Below, piece by piece: positions 1 to 14,447 of a DNA stretch of 64,000 bases. Below the pieces are notes generated by a model. That model had not been told where the DNA came from, ran no database searches, and was given only the letters and a program-made list of their open reading frames with translations. Position numbers and translations under genes: made by a program. How positions within the stretch are numbered: position 1 is the first letter of the stretch; each line of letters starts with the position of its first letter. The DNA is taken from NCBI GenBank assembly GCA_951406725.2, contig OX597814.1, positions 119,040,001 to 119,104,000 of the forward strand. The letters are read 5' to 3'. Origin of the DNA: Octopus vulgaris. Taxonomy: Eukaryota.

Positions 1-350
1 ACTTAAAATACAAAAAGAAGATGAATTAAGACGAAAAAATTATAGAAAACGAATGAAAATATGAAAACATATAAATGAGGCGCAATGCCCACTCGACCCC
101 CTAAATCGAATGGTTACATTTCGACAATTTTTTTAACCTTTTTTCATGAATGAATTTCACAGAAATTACAATTGAATTTTTCATTTTTAGTCTCTCATAA
201 TCCATTATGGTAGGTGGGCTTTCATGTAGCCGACACCATTTCACCAGTTTAACGTTCTTTGCAAAGCCCTCCATGGATTTGTCGTAATTCTCCCCAGGTA
301 TCAGAATACCGCCATCATATAACATTTATTACTGTACATATGATAAATAA

Positions 351-563
351 GGTGGCGAGCTGGGAGAGTCGTTAACACGCCGGGCAAAATACTTAACGGC
401 ATTCCCTCCGTCTTTACTTTCTAAATTCATCTTCTGCCGAGGTCGGCTTTGTCTTGTATCAATTGGGGGTCAATAAAAGAAGTACCATTTGAGCACTGCG
501 ATCGTTGTAATTGACCTATACCCTCTCTTGAAATTGCTGGCCTTGTGCCAAAGTTTGAAACCA
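351..563 (+). mobile_element. SINE family A (tRNA-like head), degenerate copy
   Basis: ggcgagctgg..., gccgaggtcggctttg..ggggtcaataaa..gtacca, ggccttgtgcc. Shared with copies at 6.0, 34.5, 44.3, 47.1 and 53 kb. Confidence 0.75.
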
Positions 564-1419
564 GTATGATAAATAAATCTATTTGGGTAATATTCCTCAT
601 ATACATTAAATAGATGAAAAGATGTTCTTATACAATTTCCCTATATTTGTATGGGTGATGAGTATAACAAAACAGTTTTCTCGACATCACTTTATATAAC
701 AGAGCCGTCTCGATATAAGACTCTACTGATTCTTCTTATTTACACTATTATTAGTAGATTGTAAATATCTAAGGTAGTTAATTAAGCCATCGATATGTAA
801 TAAATCAAACCGAAATGCTACCAATAGACACTTCTTCAATATTTATAACAACTAACATTGAAATATTGCGACTATTTACGTTAGTTTCTGCTCTTCATTT
901 TCTGTCTTTCAAAGTCGTTAATCTTTGTATGTTGGGAAATAATCATATTTCTATTGAATTCTTCGTTCAAAAGGTCAAACTTGTATTTCTTTGATAATGA
1001 TCTAGACGTCATACATGCATAATTATATTATAATTCTCTAGTGGGTTTTATTTTTAAAATTACTGATCTGTCAAAATATAAATTAGACATGAAATTACTA
1101 TGTGCAACATAATATATTCAAATATTAGGTATTCTTGATGACATTGGTTTGTATTTCCAATTTGATTTTGGATGAGAAATATTTCACTGTTTACTTTTAT
1201 GTGGAGATGTATATGCCAACGAGAATGTTCGTGTGTGTTTCTATGAAAGAAGCCACATAATGTGGCCCAAATTCCAATGCCATATAGTTCTAATCTTTGA
1301 TTTCATCACAGCTTTCTCAACTTTCTCCTTGTAGTCCAACTTTGTAAAAAATATATTTATATGCGAGTGCATATGAGCACATATACACACAGATATATAG
1401 ATAAATGGATGGATAGATA

Positions 1420-2060
<641 letters not shown>

Positions 2061-4229
2061 TTGCCACATCTCGTCAAAACCAGATTGAAATATTAATTGT
2101 CGTTGTTAATATTTTATTACTATCACCATTGAAAATCTGATAATACTGGTGGTGACCCAGCCTAATCGCAACCTTTGGGATGAAACTCATAAAAGAATAA
2201 GAGAATTACTGCGTGCAATTAAGTTTTTTACTCGACTACATTAATTCAGAAAGTTGAGTTTATATTTCGTGCATATCTCACCTCTGGGTAATTTCTCTCA
2301 ACCCTCAGTCGTATATACTGCCTTCAACAGTTTGTATATCGCTTTTATTTTCCCATAAAGGGACCTGTTGAAAATATGAACGCCTATTGTTTTCCCTGGT
2401 GTGCACTAAGATATAATTCGTATGTTTCATCTCCAATAGGTTTTATATCGACCTGACCTATCTACAACACAAAAATCAATAGTAAGCTGTCATCAACATA
2501 ATATTGATTTTCATTTGTCGCCCGTCTTACCTTTGTTTATTTGATTTAATCATTGTTCAGAAATATTTACCTGTCTTCAATACGGATAATATCTTGATTA
2601 ATTAAGACATTAAATGAATTACTTCTTATTTCACTATGTATTTTCAATACTGATGATATCTCAAAGCTATTTCCTTTGGATCGTAACTTACTTCATTATA
2701 CCAGCACACTGCCTGTATATGCATATATTTCTTTCGCTCAGTCGATCTGACAGACGCACGAGTCACCGTGTTCTCTGTGTAGTTAAACGAAAGTATTTCC
2801 GGTATTTGTAGTGTCTGCCAAAGACTAGATTATTTTCGCTTCAACACATCCATTTCTACTTTTAATGAATTAAAAATCAGGTTCATCCCATTTCAAAGTA
2901 GTTTTCGTTTGACTTGTGGCCCTTGTTTTGTTTAGTTCGTTTAAGTATTGTTGAGCAATCGATTAATTAAATTTTTAATGTTTAATATATTAGGGTTGTC
3001 ACAGCTTACTTCACAAGCAATTATTGACATACTTAGATGTTTATATGTAAAAACCTGAGGTATCAACGTCCTTCTCACATTATTAATAAGTTACTAGACA
3101 CTATTAATAAGTTACAGACAGAGAATAAATTAAATCTTTATAGGTTATGTATTATGCTCAGACATAGCAGTAGAGTAAGACATTTCCTTTCCAACCACAA
3201 GGTCCTGATTCAGCCCCTCTGCGTGGCACATTAAGCCAGTGTCTTCTATAATAGTCTCGGGCTGACAAAACTTTATGAGTGGATTTCATAGGCAAAAAGA
3301 GAAAGGATTTTGTGGACGCTCGACACGCGAGAAATATTAGTCTAATTTACGTAAACCATACCCTACTGTATTAGAAACTGAAGGACGTCATCTACAATGT
3401 AGTCCTTGATATAACATGTTAGGAAATTACACAGTCTGGCCACATCAGAAAGGACTTTTTGTCAGTTGGATCAATGCTGATCTGTCGCTAAATAACGGTT
3501 GAATGGACTTTTTTAACATTAGTAGAATATTGACTCATAAACATGAGTGAACAAGCGCGATGGGAAATGGGTGTGAATTGATATTTCAAGGCACAATTTT
3601 TAAGTCATATATAATTCTCTTTGTTAATAATGGGAATATATAAGAATTACTTTGCTTAAAGCAAATATAAGTTACTGACTGAAAATCAATTTTTTCAGCA
3701 GAGAGAGACAAGAATAAATTAAATTAATTCTTGAAATACATACAAGGAAACAGAGAGAGAATCTAGATTTTTCCTACCAGCTTTAGTGAAGAACATGAAT
3801 ATATGATGTTCTATGCCTAATTTACCAGTTAATTGGCGGGAATAAAATGAAACCCATCTGTGGAAGAATCATGAACACGAAAATGCCTATAGTAAAGCTA
3901 TAAATCTGAAAAACAACAATGCATCCAGTCTACAGTTATTTGTATTTTTTTTTGTTTCTTGTTTTTCTATCTTGTTAACACCTTCATTTTACTCGTGATT
4001 ATTGATAACTATATTGTTGAACTACTCATTGTCTACACATGTTTCGGTGATATATCTAAGCATTAACAACATAAAAGCAATATGTAGTGAGTTGTCTATG
4101 CATGGTCCACAGCGAAAATCAAAACAATGACTTACATACTCTTCTTAACAGCTTCAAGCATATTGAAATATGCATGCATAAGGTAGTTACGGTTTGTACA
4201 GGAGAACAACCACTTTGAATTGAGTGTGT

Positions 4230-4820
4230 ACTTACTTGTACTTGTGACGGCGTTCACCCAGGGCGTGTTGAGCCGGCTTCTTCTCTGGTCCTGACGGCAT
4301 CACGAACCATGGCGGCCCACGCTCGACGGTCCTGTGCGAGGTCACTGGAGATAGCGAGCCATTCGCGGTTCCATCTGCGCAGACCGACCACCTGCGGACC
4401 TGAGAGTTCGGAGAGGTCCTCCTTTATCGTCGTTGCCCAGGTCTTCAGCTGCCCGCCCGTGCGTTTGCGCCAGTTGGGAAGTGGAGGTGGGAGGAGGACA
4501 TCGCGAATCAGCTCACCCTCTGGACGCCGGGCAGCATGACCGAACCACCTTAAGTGCCGTTGTAGAAGCACCGAAGGGAGGGGCCGGAGATTCAGGTGAT
4601 GACGAAGACCGGCTGTAGGAACCCGATCAATGCGTCGGCAGCGAAGAATGCGGCGGAGACAGTCATTGTCGAACACCTCCAGCCTTCGCTGATCGACTAC
4701 CCTCATAGGCCATGTTTCACAACCATAGAGGAGGATAGTACGAACGACGGCCTTGTAGATTCGCCCGTTGGTCACCGAGGAGATCTATCTTTTGTCTCAC
4801 AGGTACTGCTGAAAGCGCAC
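4230..4820 (-). mobile_element. 5'-truncated RTE-clade LINE with 13-bp target-site duplication
   Basis: ORF 4775-4254 (LLYGCETW, LRWFGHAARR, AQDRRAW). Short tandem-repeat 3' tail (caagtacaagtaagt). TSD GAATTGAGTGTGT at 4217-4229 and 4821-4833. Confidence 0.93.
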
Positions 4821-5382
4821 GAATTGAGTGTGTGTTCATAATACATTCGATTCATTAGCATTAAATGAACTTGGTACACCCAGTGTTTCGCAATCTTGTG
4901 TCTCATCATCTATAAACATTCTGGATTAATGAATCAAATAAGAATTCGTGGCTTTTGTTTATAGCTTAAGCAAATTGCTTAATCATGCGTACTGATGTCA
5001 GCTGACGGATAACAAATAATCATATGTAAGGTGAACAGCGACACCCCTGGACTCAAACTGCCTCACTCATGCTTTCCTGTCCTAATCCTCTCTCCTTGTT
5101 GCATCCTGGTTCCAAGGCCACTTTACAGTCACTATGTTCTATTCTTCTTTCCAGAACTTCTACAGTTTGAAATGCACGTATTCGTTCCACCACAGATAAA
5201 TTGTAAAGTTTCGAGAGGAACAATAATGACATCAATCTCACCTCTATATAAAGGTTTTTAAGCAAGGCATCCTCTCCAGAACCACATGAAGAAAAAATAT
5301 ATTTATATGTTATTATGATATATATATATACATAGAAAGAGAGAGAGAAAGAAAGAGAGATAATGTGTGTGTATGTATGTAT

Positions 5383-5414
<32 letters not shown>

Positions 5415-5423
5415 GCAGAGAGG

Positions 5424-5472
<49 letters not shown>

Positions 5473-5477
5473 GGAGG

Positions 5478-5516
<39 letters not shown>

Positions 5517-6025
5517 TTTAAATATGTTTACGGGAAACGTTCTGAATATGCAAATAAACTCCTATTTCATTACGCAAGCAATCGTCTAGTGAGCAAAATT
5601 TTAGGGTTTCATAAAGTTGTACCGATATAATGTAGGATAAATATAGCAACAATAATCTTTGGGTGGAATATATAAATATTCAATGCATCGTTATGCGCGT
5701 TTCCACAAATCTCATGTCTCTTAATATCACAGTCCGTATTCCCGGTCTGATTACAGCGTAGTCCATACTATCCATGGTCATCAGGTTGATCATCATCTTT
5801 GATTCATATATAACATTTGCTGATCTACAACAGAGTTGAGTGTAATCTTCCCAGAAATACAGACTGTGATCTTGTGATTTGTGATTTGTGAAAACGCGCG
5901 AATATCATTCGTTAATGAGATCACTTTGCTCAAATAGTATATTTTTCATGGAAAGGAGACTTAGCTCTCCAAATCTGTGTGATATGTTATTCTTATTCGA
6001 TCAACAGTAAACTATAGCGGTTAAT

Positions 6026-6215
6026 GCGGCGAGCTGGCAGAAACTTTAGAACGCCGGCGAAACGCTTTACGTTCTGAGTTCAAATTCCGCCGAGGTTGAC
6101 TTTGCTTTTCATCCTTTCGGGGTCGATAAATTAAATACCAGTTACGTACCGGGGTCGATGTAATCGAATGGCCCCCTCCCCCAAAATTTCAAGCCTTGTG
6201 CCTAGAGTAAAAAAG
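6026..6215 (+). mobile_element. SINE family A copy
   Basis: gcggcgagctggcagaa, B-box-like gagttcaaattcc, and the core gcttttcatcctttcggggtcgataaattaa.tacc. Confidence 0.85.
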
Positions 6216-8244
6216 AATAAACTATAGCAGTTAGCATTCAGTCTCGCTGTCTTAATCTCTCCTTTTAATCCGTCAAGAATACGATGTTATCAACGCCATG
6301 CATCTGACATCATTGTCTTTCAGATTCTGTAACAAATACTTTGCCTCTCATTTTTCTTGTTCCGAATTCTCCCAAGAATATGGAAATCTTTTTTTTTTTC
6401 AGAAAGGGACCTACAATCCTAGTCTTTCTTATTTTTAATTTATTAACATAGAACAATTCTTTATAATCATTATTTAATACTGAATATATAAAAACCATTA
6501 TAACAATATTTTATGACAAAAATAAGTTTTAAATTAGATTCTTTTACAGGACCAATAAAATTTTAAAAAGATTAAACAACTACGACAAAAGGAAAGACAA
6601 CTTCTCTTTCATTTATTAATCGAAATTAAATTATTTTGAATGCTATATGTTGAAGCATATCCCAATATGAGGAACATCATTGCGTTATACGCGTTGTTTT
6701 GAAACTTTTCTGTTGTAAAAAGCACATTTTCCTGCTTTCCAACTTCTGTTTGTTCGGCAAAATGTCAATTGGATGAAAACGCCTTTACACGTTTAGGATT
6801 TGGGGAATCAGAAGAACTGCAAAAATACAAAAAATTCTCTAATATGACCTCCCGAATTCTATTAATGTCACATTATCTCTATTTCCATCAGCAAAACTGT
6901 ATATTCTATGAATTAACCATAGCATTATCAAGGAAATATGTGAATAAAATAAAATACTACATCTTACATCCGATAAAAATGCGATACGTTTGAGCAATCC
7001 GTTTAAATGATTCACTACTCTCATTGTATTTATTGTATTAGGATATGAAAAATGGCGCAAAGGAAACGTTATTTCCTTTTCACACTTGGTTAAACATTTT
7101 GCATTTCTGATGATAGTGGCAGATTAATGTTTCCTGACAATTGTGAAAATACCGTCATGATATTTCAAAATCTACAAGAAATAAAAGATGTTCTTTCTCT
7201 TCTTTTTCTTCTTTCTAGCGGCTTTATATCCTTTATATCATTTAGAAATCACGTGAACAGTATGTTCGAATATATTGCTCCGATGAATCTGATTCCTAAG
7301 GATTTCATTTATAAAAATAGGTTATAACTTGAGAAAAACATTATCAACAAAAATGTCATGATCATATGGTTTCTCATGATGACAGATCGTAGATAAATCC
7401 AGTTTTGTATATCGGTTGTCATTGTTCTTGATCATTGGTGCGAAATTTGTTTGCTTTCCTTGATATAAAACTATTGAAAACAATAACCGCTGATACCACA
7501 CTATAAAATCCCATTGTTTGAAGTCAAATCTTTCAGACTTACATCTTATAAATTACATTAGACTGTTTCTTACATAATAGCTCAATGTTTTCAGCTGTTG
7601 AAAGTTCCTTAGAGAAAATCTCGACTTCTTTAAATTCTGATTCAAAGCTACCGCTCGAGGTATAAATTTTTAGCTGTTTTCTACATTTTTATTGCTACCA
7701 AAATGAAGATACTATTGGATGCTTTGATTAAGTTGATTAAGTTGAAATTCAAAGTCGTAATCTCGTTGCCGAGAGTCTCAGTAACGTATGGCACTCTGAA
7801 GAAAATAGGATTCCAAAGAATTTTTAAACAGTGAAATTATAAATGAAAGACCATATAATATTCTAATATGAGAAATATGTAACAGACTTTCTGCGAATTT
7901 CATTAGGTATATCATTATCAAGAAACAATTCAAATATCTCAACTGGGCCTTTGCAGTTAGTTCATGTCATCTTTGATTTCATTCTCTTGTGTGTTCTGTT
8001 TTGAGAAACTGATTTTGAGAAATAGCGTTAATTTTTATTTTACAAGACAAATCTGAGTTTTTCTTTCTTTCACATTTTGGTTGCGGTACTTCTTCACTTT
8101 TTTACCTATGAAGCTCGACATTTCCTAATACAGCTTTGAAAATGAAGTTTAGATTTCTATTCTCCTCTTCTAAGTCTCGATATCAAGGGTTCTTTTTCAT
8201 TTTTAGCTCGCTTGCTTCGGAAGGGATTACAACCATATCAATGG

Positions 8245-9448
8245 TATTAGGATGGCCCAAAAGTCCGTTCAGTCCGTTCGACTCTAAGCATTAAGCACGT
8301 TAAGTAATGCAATTCAAATTATCCCTTTCGAATACGTACTCATTAGATACTTGACACTTCAGTGTAGTTCAATGCAAATATGCGGAGAGACAAGCTGTAT
8401 GTAATGTGCTTGGGTTCATCCTGAAAATGGAGAATCAAAACTATCATCGTCACCATATGCATTAAAAAAAATAATAGGCAAAAATGCTGTGTAGGGAGAG
8501 AATGTTGTTGCAGGGCGTATGTGCAAGAAGTTGCTTTTTAAGATTTCAATTGGAAGATTATTCGGTTCAAATTGCACCTCTAACCAGCCAACTGAGATAA
8601 TAACAACAAAATGAAGGCGTTAGTTGACACTAACCGTTGTTATGCACCTACGATGATCACAGACCCCTGAATATGCAAATCTAGTGTTGAAAGCTATCTG
8701 CATCAACTAGGTTGCACCAGCAGGCCCGCTGTTTGTGTCCCACATTAATTGAATGAGGCTAACCTTGTCCATTGGATTTCTGTCTGCGACTCGCTGCAGA
8801 AACTCAAAGAAAACTACCCTTTTTTGGAAGAGATTGACGAAAGGAGACGAAAAGAAAAGCGCAAACGATCATAGGAGAAGCGCAGTGAACCGTCAGAAAC
8901 GATCTCCAAAGCCGGACTTCACGCGGGGAATGGTATAATTCTTTTGCATGAAAAAGGTTGGTGGGATTGGAAGGATGCTATCTTTCATGAGCTTCTACCC
9001 ACAAAAAGGTCATCAGTTCAGACCAGTACTGTAAACAGCTGGACAAATTATACTCTGCAGTCCACTAGAAGCGTCCAGCACTTGTTACTTGTAATGGCAT
9101 TGTATTTCATTACGACAATGTTCGACCGCACACCTCTTTGCAAACGCGGCAGAATGTATTGGATCGGGGTGGAAATATTTGTCTATATTTTCCTGACTTT
9201 ACGCCTTTATTTTTCCACCTGTTTCAGTTTGTCCAAAATGTATTTGATTGGAAAGGCCTTCAACTCTAAAAGGGATGTAAAACTTTACCTGGAGGAGATT
9301 TTCTCCAGTAAAAACAGTAGAACATTAATTTCTGATTTACTCTGCAAAGTATTGACAACTCCCGCCTCCATTTTATTATATCTAAAACTTGTGTCTTATT
9401 TTCGCTTTTAAAAAAACAAACAAAACAGACATTTTGAACACCTCGGTA
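8245..9448 (+). mobile_element. Heavily decayed mariner transposon
   Basis: Transposase remnants in mixed frames: MEN..H.RH.M start, (W)VPH.L, YCKQLDKL, FHYDNVRPH. About 1.2 kb with weak TIRs. Confidence 0.7.
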
Positions 9449-10430
9449 TTTTCGTCGCTAGATGAGTCATGTATTTTTTATTATTTCTTCTATATAATTT
9501 ACTGCATCATTAACTGATGTCAATGGCTTGACTGAAGTGAAAGTTATGAAAGAGTATCTGGTAATAAAAAGATGCTAAAAAATAAAATATACAAAATAAA
9601 AGGATTTATGCTCTTTATATAGCTATCTTAATGCATCAGCGCCTCATTTAGATGAAAAAGTAGTTTTCAATCCCAAAGAGTTTACTTGCGCAATTTATTT
9701 TATCCTGTGCAAAATATCCTTAGAACACAGAAAAAATGGAACCCTAGTAACTAGGACACGCATTTTAAATCTAAACTTTCAGAATATTAAGAAACCTTTC
9801 TCAAATTTCGAGGTCAATTAAAACATTCAGTTATACTATACACAAATATAGATTGGGCGTATGCGTTATCGACTGAAAAACTTTTGAATGAAAATATAGT
9901 TTAAATGTTCAATATTTTCAACCACGTTGAAATTTGAATTCAGAAAGCAAACTAAATGGTAGAACAATACTTTCTGATTTGCTCTCTATAAAGTACTGAA
10001 AACACCCGCCTCTATTTCACTATTAAGCGTGTTTCGTTTAAAACTTAATATAGAAATACAAATATGATTTCAACTACTGAAATTAATCTTAAGTAAGCAG
10101 CGAATGAAAATGTAGTTTTGTTATCTATTTTTCTTCCATTTTAACATCATTTCAAATCGTTTTTAGTTTAATCACTTCAGCCGGCGCCACGGTTATGGAG
10201 GGGTTGGCAACGAATAAGTACCGATCATTCACGTTCTTTTGCCCTCCTTTACACACCAAGAAGTTCTCATTAAAATATCATCAATCATCTTATCTATTGA
10301 TTTGATAATCTATCATTTTATTTTTCTGTTTTATGTGCGTTTTGTTTTATTTATTAACCAGCTGTTTTCTTACAATAATCTATAATGTACTGATAGTTCA
10401 ACCACCAAACAGATACATACATACATATAT

Positions 10431-10508
<78 letters not shown>

Positions 10509-10858
10509 GTGAGCGCACTTGTATCTTTGCATATGGTTTTATTATGTTGTTGTGTATGTATGTATGTACTTATGTATGTATTTATATATTTATATATGTA
10601 TGTACACATCTATGTATGCATGTATGTCTGTGTGTCGGCGCAGATGCTGATGGTCAAGTAAATGATTAGATCTGATGTCGTTTGTTGAGACAATCACATC
10701 GTGTTGTGTCATTTTAGTCATCTAAAAACACAAAAATTGTTAAATTTACTTTTCATTTATCTTCACTGGCGCCAAAAGAAGCGAACAGAGAGTGAATTTT
10801 AGTGTATTTTTGATGGTTAACACGACTACTCCATAATGTAATACACACACGCTGACAC

Positions 10859-10902
<44 letters not shown>

Positions 10903-11002
10903 ATGTCTGTGTACTTGTATGTATGTATATGTATGTGTGTGTGCAATATATGATATGTATTCGCGCGTGTATGCGTGTGAATGTGTGTGTATGTGTGTTT
11001 GC

Positions 11003-11040
<38 letters not shown>

Positions 11041-11259
11041 GCGTGTGTGTGTGTATGTGTGTGTGCAGTATATAATATATATAGACGTAGGCGTGCCTTG
11101 ATGCTCACTTCTGGACCACATGGTTCTGATTTCAGTCCTACTACGTAGCACTCTGGACAAATGTCTTGGAAATGGATGTGGTTGACGGAAATGGAAAGAA
11201 ACACGTCACATAGATGTCACATATATGCAGTCTATATTGTCCTTTCAAAATTTTATCGA

Positions 11260-12422
11260 GACAAAAGAGTCGCCCCAGATGGTTTCCATCGGTTGTTCTC
11301 CGTGTCCTAGCACGTATCCTGGTGGTTCCTCTGGCATCTCTTTTCAATCTTTCACTTAAGCAAGGAATTGCACCGGAAGACTGGAGGAAAGCGACCGTAT
11401 GTCCAATATTCAAAAAGGGCAGTAAAGAAGTCCCCCTTAATTATCGACCGGTCAGTCTAACATCCATCATTCATCAAAGTCATAGAGACCATCGTCAAGA
11501 AATCTATCTTGAAACATCTTACTTCAAATGCTATATCCCACTCGCAGCATGGATTTCTACCCCGAAAACCTTGCCTAACAATTCTTCTCCTTCTTGAAGA
11601 GTAGATTACAAGGACCAGGGATGAAAAAGACTCGGTGGACGTGGTATTTTTGGACCTTGCAAAGGTGTTTGACTCCATTAATCACCGACTCTTGCGCAAA
11701 CAAGATTCACCCATTAGTTACTTCGTGGATTTCTTCCTTCCTGAGCCATCGAACCTTTTGGGTGCTGATAAATGGTGATCTCTCCGCGGAAACGAATACC
11801 TGCAGCGGCGTTCCCCAGGGGCCGGTACTGGGGCCAATACTTTTCCTTCTCCATATCAACGACCTACCAGATTTTCTTGATGTAAGAGTCCTCCTATTTG
11901 CAGGCGACGTTAAACTCGTCTCGCTTAGGAAGCAATACTACATAAGCCAATCGTCGCTGAACCGAGCTTGGAATTCGGCGGAAGAATGGGATCTGCCCTT
12001 GAACGCCTCAAAATGCAGTTATTTGCCAATAGGTTCACCTCCAAACTCTCCCTTGTCTATTGGCCTCAAACGCAAACATCTTAAGATGGTTACTGAAGAA
12101 AATGATCTCAGCATAATGATCTATACTACTTTCAAACCAACACGGCAGTGCGTCAAGGCCGTGAACAAGGCCAGAAGTAATCTTTTCCTCATCCGCCGGT
12201 ACTTTGTCAACCTTCCAATGGACGTCTTTCGGCCTTTATACGTCACTCTAGTTCGATCCATCCTCGAATATAGCATCCAAGTCTCAAACCCATATCTCTA
12301 GACAGACATTCAGCTCCTGCAATGGGTTCAGCGCTTAGCCACCCGAATGGTCGCGGGCTTGTCTAAGCTTACGTATGAGGAACGTCTCCAACGGCTGGAA
12401 TTACCTTCACTCGAACGACGGT
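11260..12422 (+). mobile_element. CR1-like LINE reverse transcriptase fragment (frameshifted)
   Basis: PEDWRKATVCPIFKKG..NYRPVSLTS, SGVPQGPVLGPILFLLHINDL, LFAGDVKL (FADD motif), VRSILEY, YEERLQRLEL. Confidence 0.92.
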
Positions 12423-13060
12423 AGTGTTGCATGTTTACCTTTCCATGCACACCACCATCACTGAACAAAACAATGGTATTCCACATTTCATAGCTTGCTG
12501 CTATCTTAGCCCGCTCCTGAACAGCCTAGCGCCCGGCCATCTGAAAAGTAAGAAATAAGAAAATAAGCCAATAAGAAAATAAGAAACCCCCAAAGATGTT
12601 TTCGTCATGACTTCAGTGACACTAAAAATTCTATAAGCAATTTCTAACGCCTAGTTACTTTCTACGCACCTTGTATATTCTTGATTTACTGAAATTATCT
12701 CTGCTTTCAAAGATAGAAACATCGCTCGGTCACAAACAACGTATATTTATCTAGTTATTTATCAATTTTTCGATCAATCTATCATTCTATTTATACACAC
12801 ACATACACATACACACATACACATACATGTGTTTGTATTAAATACATAGCAACATACTTTCATACATATAAATTAATATACATATATACACGCATATATT
12901 TTCTACATGCAAACATTTATGAATCCATTTATCAATCTATCTCAGTCTCTCCAAATACATGCATGGTACTTGGACAAGTGTCCTCTATTATAGTGTCTTG
13001 AGCAAGTGTCTTCTATTAGAGCCCCGAACTTTTATTATTATTATTATTATTATTATTAGT

Positions 13061-13110
<50 letters not shown>

Positions 13111-13144
13111 TTTGGGGTTAGCCCGCGCTCTTGACCACAATGCC

Positions 13145-13709
13145 ATACGCCCGTGGGCAATTATAGAGTGAATTCTAAGGCTTATAAATCTAATATTTTT
13201 CTATCCTTCCTTAATACCGGTTCCCATATGCTACTCATATCTGCATTCGGTCTGCTTTAGGTGGTTGTTGTGTCCTAGCATATGTGCTGCTTCTTTTAGT
13301 TTTCGTATATTTCAGTGTTCTCTGTCTATTATTTTAACTTCATCCTGCTGGGGTAGATGGTCTCCATTTTTCCATACATGATCAGCTATACCAGATTTAT
13401 CAATATCTCCTCGTGTAACAGCTTTGCTATGTTCCTCTACCCTAATTTTGAGGAGCAGCATGGTTCGCCTTTGTATAACCTACTGCAGATGCATGGGATC
13501 GAGTACGCGCATTCTTTGGTCATATCCTCTTCTATTGGTGGTTTTACCCGAAGAAGATATTTGCGAAGTGTCGTATTACTCTTTAAAAATGTCCTGATGT
13601 CATATGGGCCGCATATTTTTTGTATCTTTTCAGAGAGGCCATTCATATAGGGGAGACAGACTGTAGACAGTTTACTGTTTTTATCCTATCTTTTCTTCCT
13701 CATTGGTGG

Positions 13710-13712
<3 letters not shown>
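13145..13712 (-). mobile_element. Penelope-like element fragment (GIY-YIG endonuclease region)
   Basis: LPYMNGLSEKIQKIC...ECAYSIPCICSRLYKGE (VYxIPC..YIGE motif). Bounded by (ATT)n/(TAG)n and (AAT)n tracts. Confidence 0.8.
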
Positions 13713-13714
<2 letters not shown>

Positions 13715-13760
<46 letters not shown>

Positions 13761-13774
13761 TGATGATGATAATA

Positions 13775-13818
<44 letters not shown>
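13715..13818. repeat. (AAT)n(GAT)n trinucleotide microsatellite
   Basis: Read directly from the sequence. Confidence 0.95.

Positions 13819-14445
<627 letters not shown>

Positions 14446-14447
<2 letters not shown>

Noticed and set aside
101-325. 74-aa minus-strand ORF at the window start
   Set aside because: It shows no recognisable domain, no iGluR motif and no convincing splice sites.
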